From positions 147,390 to 211,389 of the forward strand of contig JBBAPZ010000001.1 in the NCBI GenBank assembly GCA_040400605.1: 64,000 nucleotides of DNA. Reading direction: 5' to 3'. The position numbers and the translations under genes were made by a program. The first letter of the stretch is position 1, and the number at the start of each line of letters is the position of its first letter. Positions 27,633-37,659 of the stretch are shown piece by piece. This stretch comes from Candidatus Sericytochromatia bacterium (GTDB lineage: Bacteria > Cyanobacteriota > Sericytochromatia > S15B-MN24 > JAQBPE01). The notes beneath the pieces are model-generated. The model saw nothing but the letters and a program-made list of their open reading frames with translations. It did no database searches and was not told the origin of the DNA.

Positions 27633-28118
27633 GTGACTGAGTATCAAGTTTCATTATTGGATGTGCAAGCGACCTCGGCGTTTGGTTGTGCTTTAGGCGC
27701 AAGCGCACGTGCGGGTGACTGCCTGCTCCTCGACGGGGAGCTTGGTGCGGGAAAGACGTCTTTGACGCAGGGTTTGGCCCGCGGTTTGGGCATTGCTGAG
27801 GTGGTGTCGTCTCCGACTTTCAGTTTGCTGAATGAATACGGCAGCGGGCGTTTGAGACTGTCGCACTTCGATCTTTACCGTTTGGCGTCCTCTGAGATCG
27901 CAGGCTTGGGCTTTGTTGATATTTGGGATCACCCGCCCGGGGTGGTGGTCATTGAATGGGCCGAACGGGCGGAACAGCCTTTGGCGCTTTTACCGGAAGA
28001 TGCCTTGTGCATCCGGTTGAAGCCTATGGGGGATGGGCGCTTGGCCGTGATTCAGACGACCGGCCAAGCCAGTGAGCGATGGTTATCAGAGGCGCGGATT
28101 CATGTGGCTGGGCATTGA
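27633..28118 (+). CDS. tsaE: tRNA t6A biosynthesis ATPase TsaE
   Basis: LDGELGAGKT, VSSPTFSL, HFDLYRL, VIEWAE. Confidence 0.95.
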   Translation: MTEYQVSLLDVQATSAFGCALGASARAGDCLLLDGELGAGKTSLTQGLARGLGIAEVVSSPTFSLLNEYGSGRLRLSHFDLYRLASSEIAGLGFVDIWDHPPGVVVIEWAERAEQPLALLPEDALCIRLKPMGDGRLAVIQTTGQASERWLSEARIHVAGH

Positions 28119-28824
28119 TGCGGCAACCGACTACCTGTCGCTCGCGCTGTGGCAAGCGGGGGCACCGGTTGCGCATATCGGGATGCGTTGCCAGGAAACG
28201 CAGGCAGAAGATGTGTTTGCGTTGCTCGAGTTTTTGATGCAGCAGAATCGATTGACCCCTGATGCGCTGCTTGGCGTGGGTGTGGCGCGGGGCCCCGGCA
28301 GTTTCACGGGTGTACGCGTGGGGTTGAGTCTTGCGAAAACGGTAGGACAGATGTTGGGTATCCCGGTGCATCCAGTGGATACACTGGATGCGCTCGCTTG
28401 GGGATGTGAAGGGGCCGAGTGGGTGGCACCGATGCTTGATGCGCGGCGTGGTGCCGTGTTTGGGGCCCTTTATCGACGGGGCGGCGATGGCTGGGAAACA
28501 GTGCTTGCAGGGCGTTTGGTTGCTGTGGGGGATTGGTTGGACCTGATTGATGCGACAGTGCCGCAAGGGGCTGTGACAAGTGTGGTGGGAGCCGGTCTCA
28601 ATCGGTATCGGGAGGCGGTTACAGCCCGTGATCCGTCACGCTGGCACAGCGCAAGTGGCATTGGCTCGGCCGTGTTGGCGCTTGCGGTGGCAAAACTTGC
28701 TGAGCAACGGGGACAGGCTGATCGGATGGTCGATGCGGAAGGGTTGTCTGCATTGTATTTGCGGGAGCCTCAAGCGGTGATTGATTGGGAACAGCGACAG
28801 CGCGAGGGGGGCCGTCTTGTTTAA
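28102..28824 (+). CDS. tsaB: tRNA t6A biosynthesis protein TsaB
   Basis: LGIDAA, GPGSFTGVRVG, DARRG, LYLR. Confidence 0.93.
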   Translation: MWLGIDAATDYLSLALWQAGAPVAHIGMRCQETQAEDVFALLEFLMQQNRLTPDALLGVGVARGPGSFTGVRVGLSLAKTVGQMLGIPVHPVDTLDALAWGCEGAEWVAPMLDARRGAVFGALYRRGGDGWETVLAGRLVAVGDWLDLIDATVPQGAVTSVVGAGLNRYREAVTARDPSRWHSASGIGSAVLALAVAKLAEQRGQADRMVDAEGLSALYLREPQAVIDWEQRQREGGRLV

Positions 28825-29326
28825 TGTACGCAAGATGCGCGACTCTGATCTCACGCGCGTCGTTGACATGGAGCGTGCCTGTTTCGGTGAACGTTGGAGC
28901 CTTGCCGCGTTTCAAAATGAACTGGCAAATGTGGCAAGTTCTTATTTTGTGGCACAGATTGGCGAAGAACTGGTGGGCTACGCCGGCTATTGGCTGATCC
29001 TCGAAGAGGCCCACATCACGACGATTGGGGTTGATCCTAAATCGCAGCGGCGCGGCTTTGGTGAGCGCTTGCTGATCCATCTCATTGAACATGCGGCGAA
29101 ACAAGGTGCCCGTTGGGTGACACTGGAAGTGCGCGTGTCAAATGCAGCAGCGATTCGCTTATATGAAAAATATGGTTTTACATCGCTTGGGCGGCGCAAG
29201 GCGTATTACGCCGACAATCGGGAAGATGCTTTGGTGATGTGGACCGAGAACATCGAGGAACCGGGGTATCAGGCACGTCTGCGTGAGTTGCGTGATCGGA
29301 TCGATTCAGACATCCAGGCACGTTAG
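28817..29326 (+). CDS. rimI: Ribosomal protein S18 alanine N-acetyltransferase
   Basis: EAHITTIGV, LEVRVSN..A..LYEKYGF...GRRKAYY...EDA; standard tsaE-tsaB-rimI order. Confidence 0.92.
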   Translation: MFNVRKMRDSDLTRVVDMERACFGERWSLAAFQNELANVASSYFVAQIGEELVGYAGYWLILEEAHITTIGVDPKSQRRGFGERLLIHLIEHAAKQGARWVTLEVRVSNAAAIRLYEKYGFTSLGRRKAYYADNREDALVMWTENIEEPGYQARLRELRDRIDSDIQAR

Positions 29327-29355
29327 CGCTGGCTTGTTTCTAGAAAGGAGCGGTT

Positions 29356-31053
29356 GTGGCCGTTCATCAGCGTTGCAAGTTGTTGGTTGGTGCGTTGCTT
29401 GTTTTGGGGGTGCTTGGGGCGCCAGTGTCAGCAGACGAACGCAATGACAAGGCGGTTCAAGTGTCGGTCCTCGGAACGACTGATGTGCACGGACACATCT
29501 ATCCGACAAATTATTACCACGATGCGGGTGACGAAGCCTTAGGGGTCGCCCGTGTCCAAACGCTCATCAAACAGGAACGGACACGCAATCCGAACGTCTT
29601 GCTGGTGGACTCCGGTGATTGCCTGCAAGGAACACCCTTGACGTATTATCACGCACGCATCGCGACCCACGCACCCAATCCGATGGTTGCTGCCTACAAC
29701 TTGATGGGATTTGATGCGTTCGCCATTGGCAATCACGAATACAACTACGGCATTTCCTATCTGGAAAAAGCGCGTCGGGAGTCTCGCTATCCGTTTTTGT
29801 CGGCCAATATCTATCATCACGGGACGGATAAATTGGTTTATCGCCCTTGGATCATCAAAACCGTTGACCAGGTAAGGATCGGGGTGATTGGGTTCACAAC
29901 CCCCGGGGTGGCGGTGTGGGACCGCAAGCATGTCAGTGGCAAGCAAGATTTCGGTGACATCGTCGTCGCAGCCAAACGTGAGATCCCGCGTGTGAAAGCA
30001 GCCGGGGTTGACGCCATTGTCGTGATCATTCACTCAGGGCTCGGTGCACCTTACGACAGCACCTTCAGTGGTTATGCTGCAGATGAGGGCATTCCGGAAG
30101 AAAATGCCTGCGCGCACCTGGCCGAAGCGTGTCCGGACATTGATGCGATCCTGCTGGGACACTCACACAAAGACTTGCCCAAACTGCTGCACCACGGTGT
30201 TTTGCTGACGCAGGCCAAGAAATGGGGGGAGCGCCTCGCAGTGGTGGATCTAACCTTTAAAAAGGTGGACGACCGGTGGCGTCTCACCGGCAAGGATGCC
30301 CGCACGCTCAGTACGGAAGGGGTTCCACCGGACGAAGCCATACTGGCTGCGAGCCGGCAAGCCCACGAGGCGACTTTGCGCTATGTCAGAACACCGATTG
30401 CCAGGTCCAGTGTTGCTTGGACGGGGATCGGTGCGCGCACGCAAGATATCCCATTGATGGACCTCATCAGCGAGGTGCAGCGCGAAGCGGCGCAAGCGCA
30501 ACTTTCGGCGGTGAGCGTGTTCAACAGCAACGCCCATCTGCCCAAAGGGCGAATTACCGTCGCAGACCTCGCGGCACTGTACGTGTACGAAAACACGCTG
30601 ACCCGGATTCGCTTGACCGGTCAGCAGCTACGAGACTATCTGGAGTTCTCGGCATCCTTTTACAAACCCTATGCCCCGGGTGGATTGATTTTCGATGACA
30701 GCCAACCGGCATACAACCAGGACCTCGTCGCAGGTGTAGATTACACCATTGATGTTCGTCAGCCGGTTGGTTCGCGGATTGTCGGCCTGCGTTATCAGGG
30801 GCAAGACGTGATGCCAAAACAAGCTTTTACCATGGCGGTAAACAGCTATCGCCAAAATGGGGGCGGTGGCTACACGATGCTTAAGCAGGCTACACTTGAG
30901 AAATCTGACTTTCCTGAGATTCGGGAGTTGTTGATTGAACAGGTCAAGCGCTGGCGCACCATTTCACCAGAAAAAGTGTTCAAGGCCAACTGGCGCCTGT
31001 TGCCAGCTGATGGCGTCGCATCAGACGGCCGTCACTATCAGGCCGTAAACTGA
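29356..31053 (+). CDS. Secreted bifunctional 2',3'-cyclic nucleotide phosphodiesterase/5'-nucleotidase (CpdB-like)
   Basis: Signal peptide; metallophosphoesterase motifs TTDVHG, DSGD, GNHE, GHSH; C-terminal 5'-nucleotidase domain. Confidence 0.9.
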   Translation: MAVHQRCKLLVGALLVLGVLGAPVSADERNDKAVQVSVLGTTDVHGHIYPTNYYHDAGDEALGVARVQTLIKQERTRNPNVLLVDSGDCLQGTPLTYYHARIATHAPNPMVAAYNLMGFDAFAIGNHEYNYGISYLEKARRESRYPFLSANIYHHGTDKLVYRPWIIKTVDQVRIGVIGFTTPGVAVWDRKHVSGKQDFGDIVVAAKREIPRVKAAGVDAIVVIIHSGLGAPYDSTFSGYAADEGIPEENACAHLAEACPDIDAILLGHSHKDLPKLLHHGVLLTQAKKWGERLAVVDLTFKKVDDRWRLTGKDARTLSTEGVPPDEAILAASRQAHEATLRYVRTPIARSSVAWTGIGARTQDIPLMDLISEVQREAAQAQLSAVSVFNSNAHLPKGRITVADLAALYVYENTLTRIRLTGQQLRDYLEFSASFYKPYAPGGLIFDDSQPAYNQDLVAGVDYTIDVRQPVGSRIVGLRYQGQDVMPKQAFTMAVNSYRQNGGGGYTMLKQATLEKSDFPEIRELLIEQVKRWRTISPEKVFKANWRLLPADGVASDGRHYQAVN

Positions 31054-31067
31054 CGACTGCTTAAACG

Positions 31068-31096
31068 TGGCAAGCTCCGCCCGGCTCATGTATAAT
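31068..31096 (+). promoter_or_regulatory. Sigma70-type promoter of tRNA-Arg
   Basis: TGGCAA-17 nt-TATAAT, 8 nt before the tRNA. Confidence 0.7.
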
Positions 31097-31104
31097 GTCA
31101 TCAC

Positions 31105-31178
31105 GCCTCGGTAGTTCAGTTGGATAGAACGCGTCCGTCCTAAGGATGATGTCGGGGGTTCGAGTCCCTCCCGGGGCG
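31105..31178 (+). tRNA. tRNA-Arg (CCT)
   Basis: GCCTCGG/CCGGGGC acceptor stem, D-loop GGA (A20), anticodon arm CGTCC-GTCCTAA-GGATG, GGTTCGAGTCC T-arm. Confidence 0.93.
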
Positions 31179-31334
31179 CTGGTACATAACAGGTCGGTCC
31201 CAGCAAATGCTGGCAACCGGCCCGTTATGGAAGCCATTGGTCATCATTACTGTCCACAATTGCCTCACGACTCGGTCAGTGTTGTGTGGCCCGATCTAAC
31301 GACTGGACTGTTCACATCAACAAGACCGGTTGTG

Positions 31335-31676
31335 TCATCCACTAATCGTATCTGCGACAGAAGCGACGATGAGTCCTCCAAACGCTACCGCCCACGCAAC
31401 TGGCGACTTGAAACCGGTTACCAACACGCTAAGCATCCCGATCAACCCAACAGGATACGCGACATTTCTCACTGTTCGCGCATCGAATCTAGGCAATACG
31501 GACTTTGAGTGCTGACTAGGGGAACCGAATGCCGCATTATCTTGATACCGACTAGCCATGATTACTGTGTTAACGACCGGCGAAGTCTCAGATTTGTCGG
31601 ACTGCTTCGAGGACGTTAAGGCTGTAGAGGTCGGAATTGACGCCCCGCCATTCGGGTTGAAAGTTGGTCCTGCCAT
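31335..31676 (-). CDS. Hypothetical small membrane protein
   Basis: AAGGAAAAG RBS; low-complexity N-terminus and two C-terminal hydrophobic segments. Confidence 0.55.
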   Translation of the reverse strand: MAGPTFNPNGGASIPTSTALTSSKQSDKSETSPVVNTVIMASRYQDNAAFGSPSQHSKSVLPRFDARTVRNVAYPVGLIGMLSVLVTGFKSPVAWAVAFGGLIVASVADTISG

Positions 31677-32183
31677 CGTTCTTTTCCTTTCGCTTTCCAG
31701 CGTGACAAGAGGGCTCCCGACGTCGTTATAGTCAATGAACCGCCTTGACGTGTGTGAAAAAGACGGATATCACCCCAATTTTAAATGATGAGATGCACGA
31801 GCAACGAGATTCCGAACGGGGATGACCCGGCTGCGTTGTATGATCGCTTCTTGCCGCGCTGCGAGGTCAGGCAGCCGTCGACAGCGGGCCGCAAACGCAT
31901 CGTCACCCAGCGCGTGCCACGTGGCATGCGCCGCAGTACAAGGAGCCGATCGAAGACAATTTCGTCAACCACTTGCGAACAACGCCGGCCACCGAGATCC
32001 GGCGGGGAAGCGTTATTCTTTGCAGCATCGATCACGTTCAAGCCCTTTCATCCGATCGATCGTCAATTCATTGGCGCAGGTCTGTCCGTTACACAAGATT
32101 TAAAACCGTTTAAGAATCAAGCAAGTTTTAGTAAAGCCAACCGATAATCGTCTTCAGGTATTGGTGATTCAGGGGGGCTTCAG

Positions 32184-33257
32184 TTGATCAAGCGTGCTGG
32201 TATCGTCGTGATGGTGATGGGATTGGCGGTTGCAGGGTGTACGCGTGCGGGGACAGGTGGTTTCACGGGTTTAAACGTAGCGCCGCAGGGCACCGCTGCG
32301 CAAAAAACGTCTGATTATGCATCCAATGGGATTGCGATTGCGGACACGCAGCAGTTTTTGACAGATTCCACGCAATCCGAAGAGCATCCCATTTGGTCGC
32401 CGGATGGACAGCTGATTGCGTTTCAGCGTGCTGAAGTCGAAGGTGGTGCTTACAATGTGTGGATCATGAAGGCTGATGGCAGTGCCAAGCGTCAGTTAAC
32501 CTTCAATCAGTCTGATTGCCAACAGCCGACGTGGACGCCTGATGGCCGTTTTATCGCTTTTCGTGAGGCCGATCAAAAGCCTGGTTCAGGGGGCAGCCGC
32601 GAATTCGACATCGGACTTGTGGAGGTTGCGACGGGCAAGCGTCAGCCTTTGATTCAGTATCCGGGTGATGACAAGCATCCGACCTTTTCTGCGAACGGTC
32701 GTTGGCTCGTGTTCAATTCCGAGCGCGATGGGCGGAAGGCCAATCTGTATATTGTGCCGATGGACAAGCCCAATGGCAAGCCGCGTCGTCTGACGGACAA
32801 TGGCAATCAAAACGATGTGCATCCCAGTTTTTCAAAGGATGGACGCTCAATATTGTACCATTCGTATTTGTTGGGGCGATCGCCCGTTGCTGGTGAGCAA
32901 CCCACTCGTATCGGCTTGGTGCCATTTGCGGGAGGACCCACGCGTTGGTTGCCGCTTGAACCGCTGGTCGCACCAAAGCACCCGTTTTTTACCGCGGTGC
33001 CGGGGGTCATCACCTTCCATGCCACGGATGCGGCATCCGGTCGCCGTAACATCTATGTTTATGATTTCAACCAACAGGGTGCACCAATGGCTGTGACCAG
33101 TATCAAAAATGCGAAGCACCCGCAGGTGTCTCCGGATGGAAAGTGGTTGGCTTACAGCCACAAACGAAAGGTTGGCGAGCAGCAAGACGGCCAATATGAT
33201 ATCGCGATTGTACAAATGAACTGGTCCGCGCTGCGTAAAGCGGCAAAACCGTCGTGA
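32184..33257 (+). CDS. TolB-like PD40 beta-propeller lipoprotein
   Basis: Lipobox LAVAGC; repeated HP.WSPDG..IAF / P.FS.DG motifs. Confidence 0.85.
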   Translation: MIKRAGIVVMVMGLAVAGCTRAGTGGFTGLNVAPQGTAAQKTSDYASNGIAIADTQQFLTDSTQSEEHPIWSPDGQLIAFQRAEVEGGAYNVWIMKADGSAKRQLTFNQSDCQQPTWTPDGRFIAFREADQKPGSGGSREFDIGLVEVATGKRQPLIQYPGDDKHPTFSANGRWLVFNSERDGRKANLYIVPMDKPNGKPRRLTDNGNQNDVHPSFSKDGRSILYHSYLLGRSPVAGEQPTRIGLVPFAGGPTRWLPLEPLVAPKHPFFTAVPGVITFHATDAASGRRNIYVYDFNQQGAPMAVTSIKNAKHPQVSPDGKWLAYSHKRKVGEQQDGQYDIAIVQMNWSALRKAAKPS

Positions 33258-33356
33258 TCAAGGCTGTGAGCAATCGACAGAAAATCTTGGGACCCGTTTG
33301 AAGACCTTGTGCAAAACGCCCGGTCGTTGGGTTAACCAACTTTGAACCCAGGCCAC

Positions 33357-34472
33357 TCAACCGCCTGGGATCACTTCCCGTTCGTTTGTCTGCGCTGGGT
33401 TTTTCTTGAGTTTTTCATAATGACCGCTGGTTGACCAACGGGACAGTTTCAGTCTGTTGACATACTGTATGAAGCGAACCAGTCCGGCGTCGATCTGCAA
33501 CATCGTTTGCGTTTGAAACCGTATGTTGTCATAAATCATGCCGTCTTCATCCCTTAACCACAAAAATCCCAAAACGGTCAGTACCAGGCGTACATACGAT
33601 GCCATACGGCCGAACAACGATTCCGGCTTGCGTGCAATGTAAATCGGCTGTGTGCGGGCCTGCCCGTTGGCCAAGGGTGTGTAGGCAAAAATCATGCGGG
33701 TGGGTTCAGCCTGCCACCGGCCGAACCAGCGGACATCTTCCAAGGTTCGCAGCATACCGATTGAGGCATCAACATAGCGCATGCTGTAAGCGTAACGCGT
33801 ACCCAGCAAGCCACGGATCGTTCGTTGCACCAAGGTTTTATCGGGAATGGCACCTTCCATGCGAAACTCGATAATGCGGCCATCCGCTGCTTCCTCGGTT
33901 TTCAGGGTCATCTCAATCGGAATATTGTGAACCGTGCGTAAATGTTGCGCATCCAAGCCGTTGATCATGTTGATGTTATGATGACAGGGTCGGGTGACCG
34001 CCCTGCCACGAATCGCATACACCGCTGACCCTTGCAGTTCAGGGTATTCCGGCACATCGCCTGCTGCTTGTCGCTCAGGCCAGATCCAGATAAACCCGTA
34101 GCGTTCGCGTACATCATAGGCCTGCAACCGTGCACGCTCCGGAATGGCTTCGCCGCAGGGGATATCCGTGCAGACGCCGTCTCCGTCATAGCGCCAGTGA
34201 TGAAAAAAACAGCGCAACTGATTGCCATCAACGCGACCAATGCCCAGATCTGTTCCCATATGGGAACAAAACGCATCCATCGCGCGTAACCGCCCGTCCT
34301 CACCACGAAAAACAACCACACGCTGATTGCAGAGCTCGTACGCCTTGACTTTCAGGGGTGCCACATCCTCTGTGGGGCCAAGCAAATACCACGCGAGTGG
34401 GACGACATCCCAGTTATTGAATACGGGGTGCCCCACATGCGGTTGAGTGGCCCCGTTTTTATCTCGATTCAT
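33357..34472 (-). CDS. Rieske non-heme iron oxygenase alpha subunit
   Basis: CSH...CFFH Rieske motif; NGLDAQHLRTVH mononuclear Fe site. Confidence 0.9.
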   Translation of the reverse strand: MNRDKNGATQPHVGHPVFNNWDVVPLAWYLLGPTEDVAPLKVKAYELCNQRVVVFRGEDGRLRAMDAFCSHMGTDLGIGRVDGNQLRCFFHHWRYDGDGVCTDIPCGEAIPERARLQAYDVRERYGFIWIWPERQAAGDVPEYPELQGSAVYAIRGRAVTRPCHHNINMINGLDAQHLRTVHNIPIEMTLKTEEAADGRIIEFRMEGAIPDKTLVQRTIRGLLGTRYAYSMRYVDASIGMLRTLEDVRWFGRWQAEPTRMIFAYTPLANGQARTQPIYIARKPESLFGRMASYVRLVLTVLGFLWLRDEDGMIYDNIRFQTQTMLQIDAGLVRFIQYVNRLKLSRWSTSGHYEKLKKNPAQTNEREVIPGG

Positions 34473-34676
34473 GATACTTCCGCTCTGCGCGCACGATCAC
34501 CCTTTGCAATCCAATTTTACCCCTCATCGCAGTGCTTTGACAAAACGCCGTCAGTAGTGAAAACCAGACATGGCAATGTGAACGACTGTCGCTTTGATGT
34601 TGCCGATTCAATTGCGGTTGTTGACCACGCTGACAGCGCATTGGCACGCCGTGGTGACAGGGTGTTGGGCGGGGTG

Positions 34677-36236
34677 TCATTTTGCGCCATCGTCGGTGCG
34701 CAGGTCGTCCAGCAGTGTGTGATCAGCGAGTCGGACAAACAGCAGTGTCGGTTTGATGTCACCCCATTTCATGCCTTGCCTGGTTTGCCAGGCGGCCAGA
34801 ATCGATGCTGCCTGGGGGTGAATGAGTGGTTCAATCGGCCCCAATTGGCCCAACTCTCTGGCCAGACGATAATGGTGGCTGTTCAGCAATTGGGCGTCAA
34901 TATGGGCAGCCAGTGCGACGGTGTCTTGGCTGCAATGGTCCATCACGAGGCAGTAGCGATCGCCCCCGATGCGGCACGGCACAAAACTCGCAACCGATGC
35001 GTCGTCAGGCAACAGCTTCGACACCTCGGCACGGATCAATGTTTCGGACAGTTTTTCGCCCACGAGATCGGATACCAGTCGCCCACGCCCCAGAAAAGCC
35101 AAGGTTGGGGTTTGCGCAATCCGTCCCACCACTTGCACGACATCCCCCAACCGATACCGGTACAAACCACCCATCTGAGACACAATCACCTGGTACGATT
35201 CACCCATTTTCAGCTCGTGCAGTCCGAGCCAATGACCATCGTCCGTTTCAAACTCAAAATAGACATCATCAAGCAGGGGCACACCGCCTGTGACACCAGT
35301 CAAGGGAATGGTGAGAGGGGCTTCGGTGGCCAAGAGCCCTTTGCCCTGAAAGCGCACGTCCGGCAGGCAGTCTTGCAAGCGTTCCGCCACCGCTTGCGCG
35401 TGACCATCCCTCCAGCAGGAAACCAAACGCAGTGAGGGCCAGATGCGGCGCCAGTCTATCGTCGTTTCTGCGAGGGCTTGGCGAGTGTCTGGGTGCAGTG
35501 CCGGCCCATTGGCTGTCAGCAAATCCTGACGATTGGCTGAAATCCAGTCAAACAGGATCAACAGGTAGGTGGGATTCCAGATCGAAATCGATTCGAGATC
35601 TCGCGCTTTAAGCAGCGCAACGCTGACCGCTTGCTTGAATGATTCGGCATCACGTGCGGCGGCGGCGTCCGGCACCTGAACAAAAAATGGATCCAGCCAT
35701 GGTTTGAGCCAACGCCCCAAGTAATCCGCATCGGATTCGAAACCTACTTGCGAACCTGCGGCGATCGAATGGCTTGCGAGGTGAAAGCGCGGCGAAATGG
35801 AAAAATAAAAACGCCCTTGGCCAAGCCCGGGGTCGTGGCGTAGCAAATCACCCACCCACAAAACAAACATTCTCCTGAAGGACTGCAACAAGGTGGGAGG
35901 GTAGGGAATGAGCTTGGATTGGCCCGCGCTCCCGGACGTTGGTTCGAATTGGCGTACGATACCTGGCAGCAACACATCAGGTTCGCCGCGGGTGACGCGT
36001 TCAACCCATGGTGTCAGGTCATCGAAGGACACAATGGGCAAACGGCGTAAAAAGTCAGGCGGTGTTTCAATGCCGTAATGCCGTCCATACGACGACTGTC
36101 GAGCCAGGCGCGTCAGGCGTTTCAATACGGTTGCCTGTGCATGGGCTGGGTGGCGCAGGCTGTGCGCAAAGCGTGCCAGAAACGGAGCACTGTAAGCGAG
36201 AAACAATCCCCGCAGCAACCAACGGAGGGGCTTCAC
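34677..36236 (-). CDS. GH3 family acyl-adenylate-forming (acyl acid amido synthetase-like) protein
   Basis: FEPTSGSAGQSKLIPY, GKGLLATEAP, GLYRYRLGDVV motifs. Confidence 0.85.
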   Translation of the reverse strand: MKPLRWLLRGLFLAYSAPFLARFAHSLRHPAHAQATVLKRLTRLARQSSYGRHYGIETPPDFLRRLPIVSFDDLTPWVERVTRGEPDVLLPGIVRQFEPTSGSAGQSKLIPYPPTLLQSFRRMFVLWVGDLLRHDPGLGQGRFYFSISPRFHLASHSIAAGSQVGFESDADYLGRWLKPWLDPFFVQVPDAAAARDAESFKQAVSVALLKARDLESISIWNPTYLLILFDWISANRQDLLTANGPALHPDTRQALAETTIDWRRIWPSLRLVSCWRDGHAQAVAERLQDCLPDVRFQGKGLLATEAPLTIPLTGVTGGVPLLDDVYFEFETDDGHWLGLHELKMGESYQVIVSQMGGLYRYRLGDVVQVVGRIAQTPTLAFLGRGRLVSDLVGEKLSETLIRAEVSKLLPDDASVASFVPCRIGGDRYCLVMDHCSQDTVALAAHIDAQLLNSHHYRLARELGQLGPIEPLIHPQAASILAAWQTRQGMKWGDIKPTLLFVRLADHTLLDDLRTDDGAK

Positions 36237-36907
36237 TGTGCCACGTCAGTAGTGGGTTCGTGAGGGGCTGACTCCGGGGTTCGTGCCTCGATGACGATGT
36301 CGGGCAAGACATCAACGGTGGCGCGTACCAACGCGTTTGCCCTGACGACGACACCGGGGCCATAACGGCTTGAGGCGCCAAGAAATGCGCGATCCTCAAA
36401 GCACACACGCTTGATGTAAATTTTCATCCCGCCATATTGTCGGCTCGGTGAAATGTAGTGGGAAGTCACTTTGACGCCGTAGCCAAAAATGACGTTGTCA
36501 CCCACTTCCAGCATGCCGCGATCCGCAATTTCAAACCCCGGTGCAAAATACACGTTGCGTCCGATGCGCGCACCCCAAGCCCGCAACCACAACTGAAAAA
36601 GACCCGGTACGAGGCGCAGGACATTTTCGAGAAAAGGGACGGCAATCAACCCTTGTTGAATCATGTGGGTACCGAACCAAGGGGAGTAGCCTTGGGCGAT
36701 CGAAAAGGTTCCCTCTTCCAGGCGCCACACCAGTTGATGAAGGTGATAGGCGAGCAGTGGCAGCAAATAGGCCGCCGTTGGAATCAGGGCCAAGGTTGGC
36801 CAGCAGGGGTGAAAGACGAACCATGTAATCGCCCCGAGCAGTGCCCCAAGGTGCACAGACGGGAACAGGGTCATCAGACGGGCAAGCAATGTCATTGATA
36901 AGGCCAC
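36233..36907 (-). CDS. Membrane-associated left-handed beta-helix acyltransferase
   Basis: N-terminal TM segments; LRAWGARIGRNV, LEVGDNVIFG hexapeptide repeats. Confidence 0.75.
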   Translation of the reverse strand: MALSMTLLARLMTLFPSVHLGALLGAITWFVFHPCWPTLALIPTAAYLLPLLAYHLHQLVWRLEEGTFSIAQGYSPWFGTHMIQQGLIAVPFLENVLRLVPGLFQLWLRAWGARIGRNVYFAPGFEIADRGMLEVGDNVIFGYGVKVTSHYISPSRQYGGMKIYIKRVCFEDRAFLGASSRYGPGVVVRANALVRATVDVLPDIVIEARTPESAPHEPTTDVAQ

Positions 36908-37647
36908 ACCAATTGTCTAAAAACTGTACCTGGCACTGGAACGCCAACGGTGTCCGGTGGGTGTTCGAATCTTCGATAGGTATCGTGCATGCGATCCCAC
37001 CAACTGAAATTGGCACCGTAATTGTAATTGATTCCGGCACCCGCATGATGCCACGCGTGATCCGTTGGGGTAATCAATACGCGTCCCACCCACGCATCAA
37101 TCCGCGGCGACAGATAACACCCCGAATGCCGCCACAAATCCATTGCCGATGACAAAGCCGCCGCCCACAACACCGCCGCTTCGCAGCCCGTTACAAACAC
37201 CCAGGCACCATTCAGCCACAGGTAAACAATCAAAAAACTGGCCCAAACGGGATTGCGGGAGGTCGCCCACACATCCAACACCCGCGACCCGTGATGAACG
37301 CGATGAATGGGCCACAAGGAACGGCGATGCAGCAAGCGGTGGTTCCAGTAATAGGCATAGTCAACACCCACGAATACGCCCAAAAAAGCCACCCATCCCG
37401 GCACAGACCATATTCCTTCCAGATTCGGGCAAAGCCAGCGCAAGCCCTGAACCACCAGCCATGCCTGCAACAAAGGAATCGTCACGCCTTGGATCCACAA
37501 GCCCACAGCATCCATCGACCATTCCGTTGGTCGACGGCTTCGTAACCAGCCAGCAACGCCGAGGCGCCGCCAGACCACAATGGTGAAAAGCAGGAAACAG
37601 ACACCGGTCAATGCGGCGCTACCCAATTGATGAACCACGCGTTCCAT
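36892..37647 (-). CDS. Sterol desaturase / fatty acid hydroxylase family membrane diiron enzyme
   Basis: His boxes YWNHRLLH, IHRVHH, DHAWHH; NYGANFSWWDR. Confidence 0.9.
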   Translation of the reverse strand: MERVVHQLGSAALTGVCFLLFTIVVWRRLGVAGWLRSRRPTEWSMDAVGLWIQGVTIPLLQAWLVVQGLRWLCPNLEGIWSVPGWVAFLGVFVGVDYAYYWNHRLLHRRSLWPIHRVHHGSRVLDVWATSRNPVWASFLIVYLWLNGAWVFVTGCEAAVLWAAALSSAMDLWRHSGCYLSPRIDAWVGRVLITPTDHAWHHAGAGINYNYGANFSWWDRMHDTYRRFEHPPDTVGVPVPGTVFRQLVWPYQ

Positions 37648-37659
37648 CTTGCAGCCTTC

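Noticed and set aside
31781..32147. Overlapping short ORFs upstream of the TolB-like gene
   Set aside because: No RBS, motif or compositional support for any frame
34459..34680. 73-aa ORF filling the gap between GH3 and the last Rieske gene, considered as a possible ACP or precursor peptide
   Set aside because: No DSL-type phosphopantetheine motif, not acidic or helical, and composition looks like non-coding translation, despite the ATGA overlap
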